This document shows positions 1-8,844 of a DNA stretch of 14,395 nucleotides, in pieces (within the stretch, counting starts at the first letter, position 1; each line of letters opens with the position of its first letter). The notes under the pieces are model-generated. The model was not told the DNA's origin. It did not search any database and worked only from the letters and a program-made list of their open reading frames with translations. The DNA is taken from NCBI GenBank assembly GCA_964236955.1, contig CAXSGP010000044.1:22461-36855 (forward strand). The letters are read 5' to 3'. A program made the translations under genes and the position numbers. The stretch comes from an uncultured Oligoflexus sp. GTDB taxonomy: Bacteria; Bdellovibrionota_B; Oligoflexia; Oligoflexales; Oligoflexaceae.

Positions 1-1137
1 CTTGGCGACCAGATGCATGCCGTCGCGGACAGGGGTGACGAGCATGACATCCACATCCTTATAGATCTGGTAGATTTCCTGGGGATGGAAGGAACGGGTG
101 ATGTAAAAAATAGCCTGATAGGCCGGTGTTGAATATTTGCCGTTGATGCGACCGACATGCTCATCGAGTTCGCGCCTGAATTGATGGTAAGCGGGGACAT
201 CGCCTCGCGACGGCGGCGCAATCTGAATGAGCATGATTTGACCGCGCAAGGCCGGATTATGATCAAGAAGGTATTCGAAGGCGAGTAGTTTTCTCACCAG
301 ACCCTTCGTGTAATCCAGCCGATCGACCGAGAGAAACAGCTTTAAGTCCGGTTGTTCGCCACGAACCGTATGAAGGGCATTGGCTAGCGTGCTATCGCCC
401 TCATAAGCCTTGCCAAGTTCGGTGGGATCGACACCGAGAGGAAAGCTTTGAACCCTAAGCTCCCGATCGATGAGGCTGACAGTTTTTTCGGTCGTATCGA
501 GATTGAGAATTTGTTTGACGCACTGCATGAAATGTTCGACATAATCTGCTGTATGAAAGCCGATCAAATCCGCTCCTAGAAGTCCCTTTAAAATTATCTT
601 GGCCCAGGGCAGGATACGAAAGACCTCGAATGCGGGAAAAGGAATGTGAAGAAAAAAACCAATTTTAATGGCGGGCTTTAAGGCGCGAAGCATTTCAGGA
701 ACGAGCTGGAAATGATAGTCGTGAATCCAGACCCTATCGTCGTCTTTGCAGACGGCAGCTATCGCTTGAGCGACGATGCAATTGATCTTTACATAATCGT
801 CCCAGCCCTCGAAATGCACAGGCAAATTGCCAATTTGATAATGATAAAGCGGCCAAATGATGCCATTGCACATGTCGGTTAAAAAGCTGTGATGAGCGGA
901 TTCGGGGAAATCGATGGGAATACAGCCCTGTTCTTCGAACTCGGCCTGCAGGGATCGATTCATGTCACTTGAGAGCGGCTCGGTGGCACCACTCCAGCCG
1001 AGCCAGAGATTGTGATCCTGCAGCAGCGGCAGAAGGCCTGTGGATAGGCCGCCTACACTTGTTTCCAGGGTATAATGCCGACCTTTAACCTGAGCGCTGA
1101 ATGGGAGCCGGTGCGAGACGAGTAAGGTGCGACCCAT
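1..1137 (-). CDS. otsA: Trehalose-6-phosphate synthase family glycosyltransferase (GT20), 3'-truncated by the window edge; may continue as a TPS/TPP fusion
   Basis: Not in the ORF track because it has no stop in the window. Manual translation from ATG 1137 is open for 379 codons: MGRTLLVSHRLP..GGLSTGL..WLGWSG..WPLYHY..VWIHDYH..GFFLHIPFP..GADLIGFHT..VDRLDYTKG..PPSRGDV..PVRDGMHLVAK. SD AGGAG at 1146-1150. Confidence 0.9.
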   Translation of the reverse strand, partial: MGRTLLVSHRLPFSAQVKGRHYTLETSVGGLSTGLLPLLQDHNLWLGWSGATEPLSSDMNRSLQAEFEEQGCIPIDFPESAHHSFLTDMCNGIIWPLYHYQIGNLPVHFEGWDDYVKINCIVAQAIAAVCKDDDRVWIHDYHFQLVPEMLRALKPAIKIGFFLHIPFPAFEVFRILPWAKIILKGLLGADLIGFHTADYVEHFMQCVKQILNLDTTEKTVSLIDRELRVQSFPLGVDPTELGKAYEGDSTLANALHTVRGEQPDLKLFLSVDRLDYTKGLVRKLLAFEYLLDHNPALRGQIMLIQIAPPSRGDVPAYHQFRRELDEHVGRINGKYSTPAYQAIFYITRSFHPQEIYQIYKDVDVMLVTPVRDGMHLVAK

Positions 1138-1320
1138 TTTTTGAGCTCCTAACGGAAGGACGGGACGGCGAGCCGTTCGCCAGTTTAAGCCAATGCTTAT
1201 AGAGTGATCCTGGCAAATCGATACGGGCGTCGCAAGCGCTGGCTGCCCCGTTTGACCCCGGGGAGGATGCAATGTATAGAAATTATTGAACTGTATCGAT
1301 TTTTGAGAAAATGCTTCGAA

Positions 1321-2211
1321 TTATCCCAAGGTGAGCAAGGCCACGCCTATGAGTGCTGAAATCATTGCCAAAACCTTGCCTCGCGTAAATTTTTCATTGA
1401 GAAAAACCACCGCGAGAAGAACGGTGAGCACCGTCGATGTTTGATTGAGCAGGGCGGCAATTGTCGATTGCAAATACTTATAGCTGGCGATCCATAAAAT
1501 GATTGAGACATAGGAACTGAAAAAACAGGCAGCAAAGAGCTGCAGGTGATGGGGAGTCTGGAACACGGTCAGAAATTCCTGGCGACGATTCGGTACAAAA
1601 CAAAACAAGACGAGTGCCGTGACAAGACCGCCGATCATGCGGATCGAGACCAGTGAAAAAAGCGGTATATGGGCAAAGAGGGGTTTGACCACGAGGATAC
1701 CGCCCGCCATCATGAAAAGGCCAAGGGCCATCAGGAGTGATCCCTTGCCGAGATGAAGCGGAACCAAAGGCGCACTGTCTTCGGGCGAATGGGGTTCGGG
1801 TTTGAGGAATAAAAGCGAGGCCAGTATGAATACACCACCGACCAGCATGAGGGGGGTGGGACGCTCATTATAAAAGACCATCGATAGGACAATAACGAAA
1901 GGACTGAACAGACATTCCAGTATAGCTATATGAGAGGCCCTTAAATAACGCATGCTGCGCAGGACAATCCCATCAGCAACCCCTATGCCTATTCCGCCTG
2001 AGATAAGAAGCATAAGCGTCTCGTTTGAGTCGGCCGGCCAATGCAATCCACCTTCAGTAACGTAAGTCGTTAGCAGCAGGAGGGGGAGGCCCAGAAGAGT
2101 CTTGACAAGATTGAGAGCCATGGGTTCAAGACGGGCGCCCGAGAATTTAAGGAGAATAACGGCGCAGGACCAAGTCAAAGCACAGAGTAACGCGATAGCA
2201 ATGCCCAGCAT
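1321..2211 (-). CDS. DMT/EamA family transporter (two EamA repeats, about 10 TM helices)
   Basis: 296 aa, highly hydrophobic, with internal duplication (SPFVIVLSMVFYNERPT / STVLTVLLAVVFLNEKFT). GGAG upstream of the ATG. Confidence 0.9.
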   Translation of the reverse strand: MLGIAIALLCALTWSCAVILLKFSGARLEPMALNLVKTLLGLPLLLLTTYVTEGGLHWPADSNETLMLLISGGIGIGVADGIVLRSMRYLRASHIAILECLFSPFVIVLSMVFYNERPTPLMLVGGVFILASLLFLKPEPHSPEDSAPLVPLHLGKGSLLMALGLFMMAGGILVVKPLFAHIPLFSLVSIRMIGGLVTALVLFCFVPNRRQEFLTVFQTPHHLQLFAACFFSSYVSIILWIASYKYLQSTIAALLNQTSTVLTVLLAVVFLNEKFTRGKVLAMISALIGVALLTLG

Positions 2212-2467
2212 TTAAGCACTCCGAAAGTCGACGGGGAGTTTACTTTTAGCGAAAAATCTGCATAAATACCAGCAAGGTCTCCTTCTTTGATTCGCCAATT
2301 TTCCCTAAAGCTGGCATGACGCTGACTGGAAACACGCACGCTTCAAAGTGTGTCATTAAGGTTATATCTCGCTATTTTGCTTGTATTCGGGACATAATGC
2401 TTGGGATTTCGTATATTTAAAAAAGTAACTATTCCAATGTTTGCACGGGAACGGAGAAAGGGTGGCC

Positions 2468-4873
2468 ATGGAGGCTGGAGAATCGAAGCGTGGGAAAGCC
2501 CAATTAAAGACCAGCAGTACAGCGGAGTATTTTGCCAAAAACCTACAGCAGGTCGGCTTTTCATCGCCTACCAAGGCAGTCCTTACGACTTTAAAGGAGG
2601 CCTTTGATAACTCTCTTGATGCCTGTGAAGAGCATGATATTCTGCCGTCGATCCAAGTCCAGGTTGAGAAGCAGGGCAAGGGTTCTACCAAAAATACCGA
2701 CCTCATCTACATATCCGTTCAGGACAATGGACCGGGCATTCCACTCAAAGAATTACCCATGGTGTTTGGTGAGTACTTGGCCTCGTCCAAATTTGGACGC
2801 GGACGTTGCACCCGAGGCCAGCAGGGCATTGGGATATCGGCAGCAACCACCTGGGCCATGCAAACAGCAGCGCAAGGTGTCAAAGTCACGACCAAAACCA
2901 AGAATCAAAAAAAAGCGACCCAATGCCGTATTGAAATCGATTTAAAAAATAATAAAGGGATTATGAAGGACAAGGTCGAAATCGACTGGAAGCCGCTTCA
3001 TGGAACCCGGGTCGAATTTTGGATCGACGGCCGGGTCCAGCTTAATGGCGAAGCTGGTTTGATAGCGTTTCTCAAGAGCAATGTCCTCGTCAATCCCCAT
3101 CTGGAATTACGCTATAAGCTTATGGAAGATCCCGTTGTCCATGTGGAACGGGTTTCCGACAAAGTTCCGCATATACCTGAGGCAACAGCCCCCCATCCCC
3201 ATACCATGAAGCTTGGCGAATTCATGGGGCACGGCGCGATCTACGGGAATATGCCGGTCAAGGAGTGGCTCCAAACCGGCTTTTCTCGCATGAATAATAG
3301 TGTGTTCGAAGACCTGAGCAAAAACCACGGTGTGCCGAAGAAGCTCTTCGATCAGACGATGAGCAGCATCAAGGAAGCCGACTTTAAGAATCTCTTTGCG
3401 GCTATACAGGCCGCCGAGTTGCCGCCACCATCGACCGGCTCGGTCCTGGCGATTGGCGAAGAGGGTCTGGCGCGCAGTATTCTGCGGCTGGGCGAGCTCG
3501 ACTACTTTTCTGTGGTGTCCCGAAAACCGGCGATTTGTGACTTTAAGCCCGTCCAGGTGGAAGTGGCGATCGCGCGCATGACTTCGCGCAGCGACCTGCG
3601 CGAGGATGAGGAAGAATCCTGCGAAGTGATTCGCTTTGCCAATCGGGTGCCCCTGCAATTCGATAAATCCAGCTGCGCGATCATGAAAGCGATCACCTCG
3701 GTGAATTGGAAGGTCTACGGGCTGAAGCAGGCGCGAAATTCACCGCCCACGGGTCCCTATATCGTCGCTGTATCCGTCGTCTCACCCTTTATCAAATTTA
3801 AAAATGCATCGAAGGAAACGATCGATGCCTCGGACGAACTGGTGGAAGAGATCAGGCGCACTCTGATGCAGGCAGGCCAGCGTTTGTCGCGACATTTGCG
3901 AAAAGAGCATAAAGAAGCAATGCTTGAAAGCAAAATGCAGCATATTGAACAGTTCGCTCCTATCCTGGTCGAAGGCCTCGTGCGCCTCACCTCATCCAGT
4001 CAGGAACGGCGTGAACAGGCCCATAAGGGTCTGCTTAAGATCCTCGGACGCGAGGCGAAGGATGCCAAGGATCAACTGGCCGAAGCCGATCGCATGCTGG
4101 AGGCCCACCTTACCCAAAAGCGCAAAAGGCTGGGTGCAGCTTACGATCTCGTGATGGCTCGCGATGATGAACAGGATGAGGAGGGCCGAAGCGAAGTCAA
4201 GGCCGGGCCAAGGAAGGCCGGCCAGGACAAGGCGCAAACCAAGCTTAAGAGCGGGCTAACGGAAACTGTAGATGTCATCAAAGCGACCGCGGTTAAGCAA
4301 GATGCCGGGTCGAGCAAGAAAAAGAATGCTCCCGCTCCAGTGCCAGGCGTCCAGGCTGCGAAGGAGGCTCTGCTAGCCACCAAAGCGAAGCCGGCACCTA
4401 AAGCTGTTGCCGATGCTATTCCCGCTAAGGGTGCGAAAGCCACCGGGGCCAAGGCCAGGCTTAAGACAAAGCCTCAAAAAGCCCCAGATAAAGTCGCTAA
4501 GCCTGTCAAGGCCCGGGACAGTTCTCAAGAAAGGCCTCATAACAAAGTCAAGCTTGAGAACAACGCCAAACCCAGTGGGAAGGGGAAGGATAAAGATAAG
4601 GATAAGGATCAAGCAGCTTCGGCAGGAGCTCAAGCCCATTCGCAATCAAAGGCTGCGGTCGCCTTCAAAAAATCTGTTAAAGATAAGGCTGAACCTCCGG
4701 CGGAGACTAAAGGCAGACCGAAGACCAAGGCGATCAGCCCCCCGGCCAAACCCGTTCCCACAGCGAAAGCAAAAAAGGCATCGGTGCCTGAAGAAAAGGC
4801 CAAAGGCAGCGACCAAGACCAGACCAAGAAGAAGCCTAAGAAAAAAGTTCAGCCTAAAGGGAAACGGAAATGA
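2468..4873 (+). CDS. top6B: DNA topoisomerase VI subunit B with long Lys/Ala/Pro-rich C-terminal extension
   Basis: AEYFAKNLQQVGF, GHKL motifs KEAFDNSLDA, DNGPGI and RGQQGIG, PHPH, RFANRVPL, the WKxY motif (WKVYGL) and FKNASKE. Start moved from TTG 2441 to ATG 2468, which follows a purine-rich GGAGAAAGGG. Confidence 0.95.
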   Translation: MEAGESKRGKAQLKTSSTAEYFAKNLQQVGFSSPTKAVLTTLKEAFDNSLDACEEHDILPSIQVQVEKQGKGSTKNTDLIYISVQDNGPGIPLKELPMVFGEYLASSKFGRGRCTRGQQGIGISAATTWAMQTAAQGVKVTTKTKNQKKATQCRIEIDLKNNKGIMKDKVEIDWKPLHGTRVEFWIDGRVQLNGEAGLIAFLKSNVLVNPHLELRYKLMEDPVVHVERVSDKVPHIPEATAPHPHTMKLGEFMGHGAIYGNMPVKEWLQTGFSRMNNSVFEDLSKNHGVPKKLFDQTMSSIKEADFKNLFAAIQAAELPPPSTGSVLAIGEEGLARSILRLGELDYFSVVSRKPAICDFKPVQVEVAIARMTSRSDLREDEEESCEVIRFANRVPLQFDKSSCAIMKAITSVNWKVYGLKQARNSPPTGPYIVAVSVVSPFIKFKNASKETIDASDELVEEIRRTLMQAGQRLSRHLRKEHKEAMLESKMQHIEQFAPILVEGLVRLTSSSQERREQAHKGLLKILGREAKDAKDQLAEADRMLEAHLTQKRKRLGAAYDLVMARDDEQDEEGRSEVKAGPRKAGQDKAQTKLKSGLTETVDVIKATAVKQDAGSSKKKNAPAPVPGVQAAKEALLATKAKPAPKAVADAIPAKGAKATGAKARLKTKPQKAPDKVAKPVKARDSSQERPHNKVKLENNAKPSGKGKDKDKDKDQAASAGAQAHSQSKAAVAFKKSVKDKAEPPAETKGRPKTKAISPPAKPVPTAKAKKASVPEEKAKGSDQDQTKKKPKKKVQPKGKRK
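4586..4609 (+). repeat. Hexamer tandem repeat (AARGAT)x4 encoding KDKDKDKD in the Top6B tail
   Basis: aaggat-aaagat-aaggat-aaggat read directly from the sequence. Confidence 0.8.
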
Positions 4874-6030
4874 ACAACATGCGCGGCAGAGTCCTCCAGA
4901 GTGATATCCCCGCTCTCAGCCAAGAGCTATGCGAGCGGCTGCTTCGTGACCTTGAGAGGGCCAAGCGGCCGGTGATAGAAGCCACCAAATGCAGTCTGGA
5001 CAATTCGATCTATAATCATAAGGTGGGCTTTCTCACGCCGGGCGATAAAAGGATCCGGACCGAACTCAACGTTGCCTCGGTGAAAAAGATGTCGCGGGCG
5101 ATCTTTATGCTCGAGATCCTTCTGCGTAATATCGAAACCGGTGCGGTAAACACCAAACGCGAGCTTTACTATATTTCCAAAGGTGAAGTTAAGCATAACA
5201 AGCACCTCAAGCCCATCGATTTTGCCGATCAGGAGGAGTCCGATGCCATCATTGACTTTATCTGTGAAATTATTGAATGCTATAGGGAAGAGCTGAATTG
5301 CTATGCCAACGATCGAGGCGGGCAGACCTATTCCCAGCAGCTGATTGTCGAAGAAAATTTGAGCGACGGCGGCCGGGCGGTGATCGATCTATCCCAGCTC
5401 GGAACCTCACCCTTCCAACCGAAAAACCGTCCTCAGAACCTAATCCTCAGGGCCAAATCAAAGATCGATTATTGTCTGATCGTTGAATCGGAAGGTACTG
5501 CAAACACTCTCGTCGCCAATGGTTTTACCAAAAGGCACAACTGTATAGTCGTCGGTGCCCAGGGCGTGCCTTCCAACGCGGTTCGGGGCTGGCTTAAGCG
5601 GATCCAGGACCAGCTGAAGATTCCACTTTATTTCTTCGGTGATCTCGATGCGTATACCATGCAGAATATTTTCAGAACCCTGAAAGCCGGATCAGCTGCT
5701 TCCCTCATTCGGAACTCCGATTATTCGGCCCCTGAGGTTCGCTTTTTAGGGGTATTGCCCGACGATATCGCTCGCTTTGACCTTGATGATTATCCGGTGC
5801 AGGAAAACGACGCTCAAGAGGGACGGGCCTTGAAGAAGGCAAAAGATGCCCTGGAGAACGACCCATTCTTCCGCGACAAGCGTAACAAAGGGCTGGCCGA
5901 TATTCTGCGATGGCTCTTGGAACACAAAAGACGCTGCGAGCAACAGGCTTTCTTTACTGTGGATCCCCGGGACCCGACTATGCCAGAAAAAATAATTGTT
6001 GAAAAGATTCGTAAGGGTAACTACGTCTGA
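4870..6030 (+). CDS. top6A: DNA topoisomerase VI subunit A (Spo11/Top6A family)
   Basis: TKRELYY catalytic-Tyr region, TOPRIM motifs IVESEG and GDLD, GAQGVP. ATGA overlap with the top6B stop indicates translational coupling. Confidence 0.93.
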   Translation: MNNMRGRVLQSDIPALSQELCERLLRDLERAKRPVIEATKCSLDNSIYNHKVGFLTPGDKRIRTELNVASVKKMSRAIFMLEILLRNIETGAVNTKRELYYISKGEVKHNKHLKPIDFADQEESDAIIDFICEIIECYREELNCYANDRGGQTYSQQLIVEENLSDGGRAVIDLSQLGTSPFQPKNRPQNLILRAKSKIDYCLIVESEGTANTLVANGFTKRHNCIVVGAQGVPSNAVRGWLKRIQDQLKIPLYFFGDLDAYTMQNIFRTLKAGSAASLIRNSDYSAPEVRFLGVLPDDIARFDLDDYPVQENDAQEGRALKKAKDALENDPFFRDKRNKGLADILRWLLEHKRRCEQQAFFTVDPRDPTMPEKIIVEKIRKGNYV

Positions 6031-6205
6031 CCATGGCTTTGGGCATGAAGCGAGCCTCCCCCGACTCCCAGCAAGAGTGATCATGAAAAAAATGGCGGTA
6101 CTTTAGGATTGCCTTCTTTTCTTCGATTCGAAGATTCTGTACTATTAGAGATGGTAGCGTATCAGGCTAGTGATGTGCGGAAACTGATTTACACGGATGA
6201 TAGAT

Positions 6206-6463
6206 ATGTCGCAGCACGATGATGGCTCAATGAAAGCATTAGTAGAGTACGTAGCAAAAGCCCTGGTTGATGAGGTGGATCGCATCGAAATTAGTGAGAT
6301 AACCGGCAACCAGACCAACATTATCGAGCTTAAGGTCGCGAAAGAGGACATAGGTAAGGTAATCGGAAGACAGGGCCGAACAGCCGATGCAATCAGAACA
6401 ATTCTGAACTGCGCTGCTGCCAAGCTAAACAGACGATACATCCTTCAAATCATAGACGAGTAG
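6206..6463 (+). CDS. khpA: KH-domain RNA-binding protein KhpA (YlqC family)
   Basis: MKALVEYVAKALVD..ELKVAKEDIGKVIGRQGRTADAIRTIL, single KH domain with GxxG. Start ambiguous (ATG 6197, 6206 or 6230). Confidence 0.93.
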   Translation: MSQHDDGSMKALVEYVAKALVDEVDRIEISEITGNQTNIIELKVAKEDIGKVIGRQGRTADAIRTILNCAAAKLNRRYILQIIDE

Positions 6464-6467
6464 GCTT

Positions 6468-7466
6468 ATGCAAGCTAGTCAGGCAAGCGCAGTTATCCTT
6501 ACTGCGCTCGAGGGAGTACGCCTCAATACTGAAGAAAAAAAGTGTTTTGAGTTGTTACCTCCTGCCGGATTTACTTTATTCCGGCGCAATATTTCCCCTC
6601 ATTTTTCAGCGACGCGTGATCTTTGTGATGAGCTGCAAACCCTGCGGGGACCCTTGGACCGACCTTTACTTTTGGCCATTGACCAAGAGGGCGGCCGTGT
6701 TGCGCGTTTAAAAGCGCCTTTTCCCGACCACGGTCCGGCCATGAAGCTGGCGGGTGGGAAGAGCGATAGCTCAGCACTGATCGAAATCGAAAATATTGGC
6801 TTTGTGATGGCGGCAACGCTTAAACAACTGGGCATCAATGTGGATTTTGCTCCAGTCGTCGATGTCTTATCACGCGAGGAGAACGTCGCGATCGGCGATC
6901 GCTGCTTTGGCTATGAAGTGGAGGCTGTCGTGAGTCGGGCTGCCGCCTTTATGCGTGGACTGCATATTGGTGGTGTTTTAGCCTGTCTCAAGCATTTTCC
7001 AGGGCAGGGGGACGCCAGCGTCGATACCCATGAGACGGGAGCGGCTATTGCTGCTGACCGCGATCTGCTCGATCGCCGCGAAATCTATCCCTTTCAAAAA
7101 CTTGTCCCTGATGCCCCTATGGTTATGATTTCTCACGCAGTTTATACGGCACTTGATCCCGAGAAGCCCGCCAGTCTCTCCAGTAAAATTATGCTCGATC
7201 TCCTTAGGGGCGAATTGGGTTTTCGTGGGCTGATAGTCAGTGACGACATGAATATGAAGGCCATCGACCAAAGTCGAAAACCTTGGTGTGAAGCGATTGT
7301 TGCTTCGGTCGCGGCTGGAGCCGATTTGGTTTTAGTATGCCGTGAGCTTGAGAGGTATCAATGGGCGGTCGAGGCGATTCGTGCCGAAGCCGCCAAGAGC
7401 CCAGCCTTCAGTCGCAGGTTGGCTGACGCCGCTGACCGCGTAAAAGATCTTAGAAATCGACTTTAG
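6468..7466 (+). CDS. nagZ: Beta-N-acetylhexosaminidase (GH3, single-domain NagZ type)
   Basis: LFRRNI, AIDQEGGRVARL, GINVDFAPVVDV, IGDRCFG, KHFPGQG..VDTH (Asp-His dyad), SDDMNMKA nucleophile. Starts 4 nt after khpA. Confidence 0.93.
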   Translation: MQASQASAVILTALEGVRLNTEEKKCFELLPPAGFTLFRRNISPHFSATRDLCDELQTLRGPLDRPLLLAIDQEGGRVARLKAPFPDHGPAMKLAGGKSDSSALIEIENIGFVMAATLKQLGINVDFAPVVDVLSREENVAIGDRCFGYEVEAVVSRAAAFMRGLHIGGVLACLKHFPGQGDASVDTHETGAAIAADRDLLDRREIYPFQKLVPDAPMVMISHAVYTALDPEKPASLSSKIMLDLLRGELGFRGLIVSDDMNMKAIDQSRKPWCEAIVASVAAGADLVLVCRELERYQWAVEAIRAEAAKSPAFSRRLADAADRVKDLRNRL

Positions 7467-7527
7467 GTTGAAGCAGCACGCCTACTGCCTTTTTACCACC
7501 CAAGAGTTCCCTTAAGATCACATGGTG

Positions 7528-8841
7528 TCAAATTTCTTTTTCCAGACCCGACTTCGGGGGCTCCTCGCGGCGGACTCTGAGGCGTTCAATTCGATGTCTG
7601 TCGACATCGGTGACTTCCATTGTTAACTTACCGTAACTTACTTTTTGGCCAATCTCAGGCAGATGTCCTAGGAGTTGCGTCATCCAACCCGCGATTGTGT
7701 CAACCTCGCCTTCGACGTCTTCAGCAAAAGATTCGTCAATTTCAAAGTACTCAGCAAACTCGCTGATGTTCACATAGCCAGCAACATCGTAGATATTATC
7801 TTCTATCTGGGTGATCTGGGCTTCTTCCGAATCGAACTCATCCTGAATATCACCGACGATTTCCTCAAGGATATCCTCCATTGTCACGAGGCCGGCCGTG
7901 CCGCCATATTCATCAATAATGATGGCCATATGGTTTTTGGATTGCTTAAGTTCCTTGAAAATCTCGATCAGGTGTTTGCTCTCCGGAACGAACTGCGGCT
8001 CGCGCATAATCGAGGTCACGGCAAAAGGCTTGTTTGCCGTCGTCCGCTTCGGATCGGCCATGTGCCGAAGGATGTCCTTTGCAAAAATAATACCCATTAT
8101 CTTATCGATCTGCTCGTCATAGACGGGCAGACGCGAATGCCCCGATTGCATGATGAGGCGGACCGTTTCTTCAAGACTTACGCCTTTTTCCACTGCAATA
8201 ATATCGGTACGGGGGGTCATGATTTCTCTGACCTTAGTCTCATCGAACTCAAACACACCGTTGATCATCTCTTTTTTCACGTCTTCGATGACGCCAGATT
8301 TTTCGCCCACTTCCAGCAGGAACTCAAGTTCCGCCTCCGTGATCGTCGGCTGGAGACTTTGATCGCTGCCGAGCAGGCGGATAACCCAATTGGCAAAATT
8401 CGAAAGGAGCAGAGCCAGGGGATAGATCAGACGATAGAGAATATGGACGATAATCATTGCAAAGTGAGCGACTAGCGGCAGATGCGCGCGAGCTATCGAT
8501 TTTGGGATGAGATCGCAGAGGATAAGAACGGCGAAACTTATCACGACGATGACGAGCGGCAGGTTAAAGCTGTTAAAGCGCTGATAGATCATATCGGTGA
8601 TCAATAGCGCCGAAGTTATTTTAAAAAAGTTCGAAAAGAGGAGAATCGTCGTGAAAACACGCGACGGATGCTGCAGGAGAAGCTGCATCGATGCTGTTTT
8701 CTGTTCCTTGGGCTGACCCCTCGCACGCAGTGCTGTCAAAGAGGTCACGGCGGTTTCGGCGGCTGAGAAAAAGCCGGTCGCCAGCATGCAAAGGACAATA
8801 TAAAAAATAGCTGAGTTGTCAGGCGACATTGCGGTATCCAT
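7528..8841 (-). CDS. Hemolysin/CNNM family (HlyC/CorC) membrane protein with CBS pair and CorC_HlyC domain
   Basis: FFSAAETAVTSL, LIPKSIA, VREIMTPRTDI, HSRLPVY, IDEYGGTAGLVTMEDILEEIVGDIQDEFD, DTIAGW. Directly downstream of ybeY, a common pairing. Confidence 0.93.
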   Translation of the reverse strand: MDTAMSPDNSAIFYIVLCMLATGFFSAAETAVTSLTALRARGQPKEQKTASMQLLLQHPSRVFTTILLFSNFFKITSALLITDMIYQRFNSFNLPLVIVVISFAVLILCDLIPKSIARAHLPLVAHFAMIIVHILYRLIYPLALLLSNFANWVIRLLGSDQSLQPTITEAELEFLLEVGEKSGVIEDVKKEMINGVFEFDETKVREIMTPRTDIIAVEKGVSLEETVRLIMQSGHSRLPVYDEQIDKIMGIIFAKDILRHMADPKRTTANKPFAVTSIMREPQFVPESKHLIEIFKELKQSKNHMAIIIDEYGGTAGLVTMEDILEEIVGDIQDEFDSEEAQITQIEDNIYDVAGYVNISEFAEYFEIDESFAEDVEGEVDTIAGWMTQLLGHLPEIGQKVSYGKLTMEVTDVDRHRIERLRVRREEPPKSGLEKEI

Positions 8842-8844
8842 GTC

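Noticed and set aside
1211..1250. GGCAAA..CGCAAGC..GGCTGCC resembling a c-di-GMP-I riboswitch
   Set aside because: Too short for both stems, lacks the GAAA loop/receptor pair, and faces away from the flanking minus-strand genes.
2311..2330. TGGCATG as a sigma54 -24 box upstream of top6B
   Set aside because: No GC at the -12 position.
4407..4904. Alternative-frame 165-aa basic ORF suggesting a frameshift in top6B
   Set aside because: By-product of the low-complexity tail; the main frame is continuous and ends in an ATGA overlap with top6A.
7470..7495. Possible terminator after nagZ (GCAG..CTGC then CTTTTT)
   Set aside because: A 4-bp stem with an 8-nt loop is too weak to call.
7675..8475. 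266-aa plus-strand ORF
   Set aside because: Antisense shadow of the well-supported CNNM gene, with no recognisable motifs.
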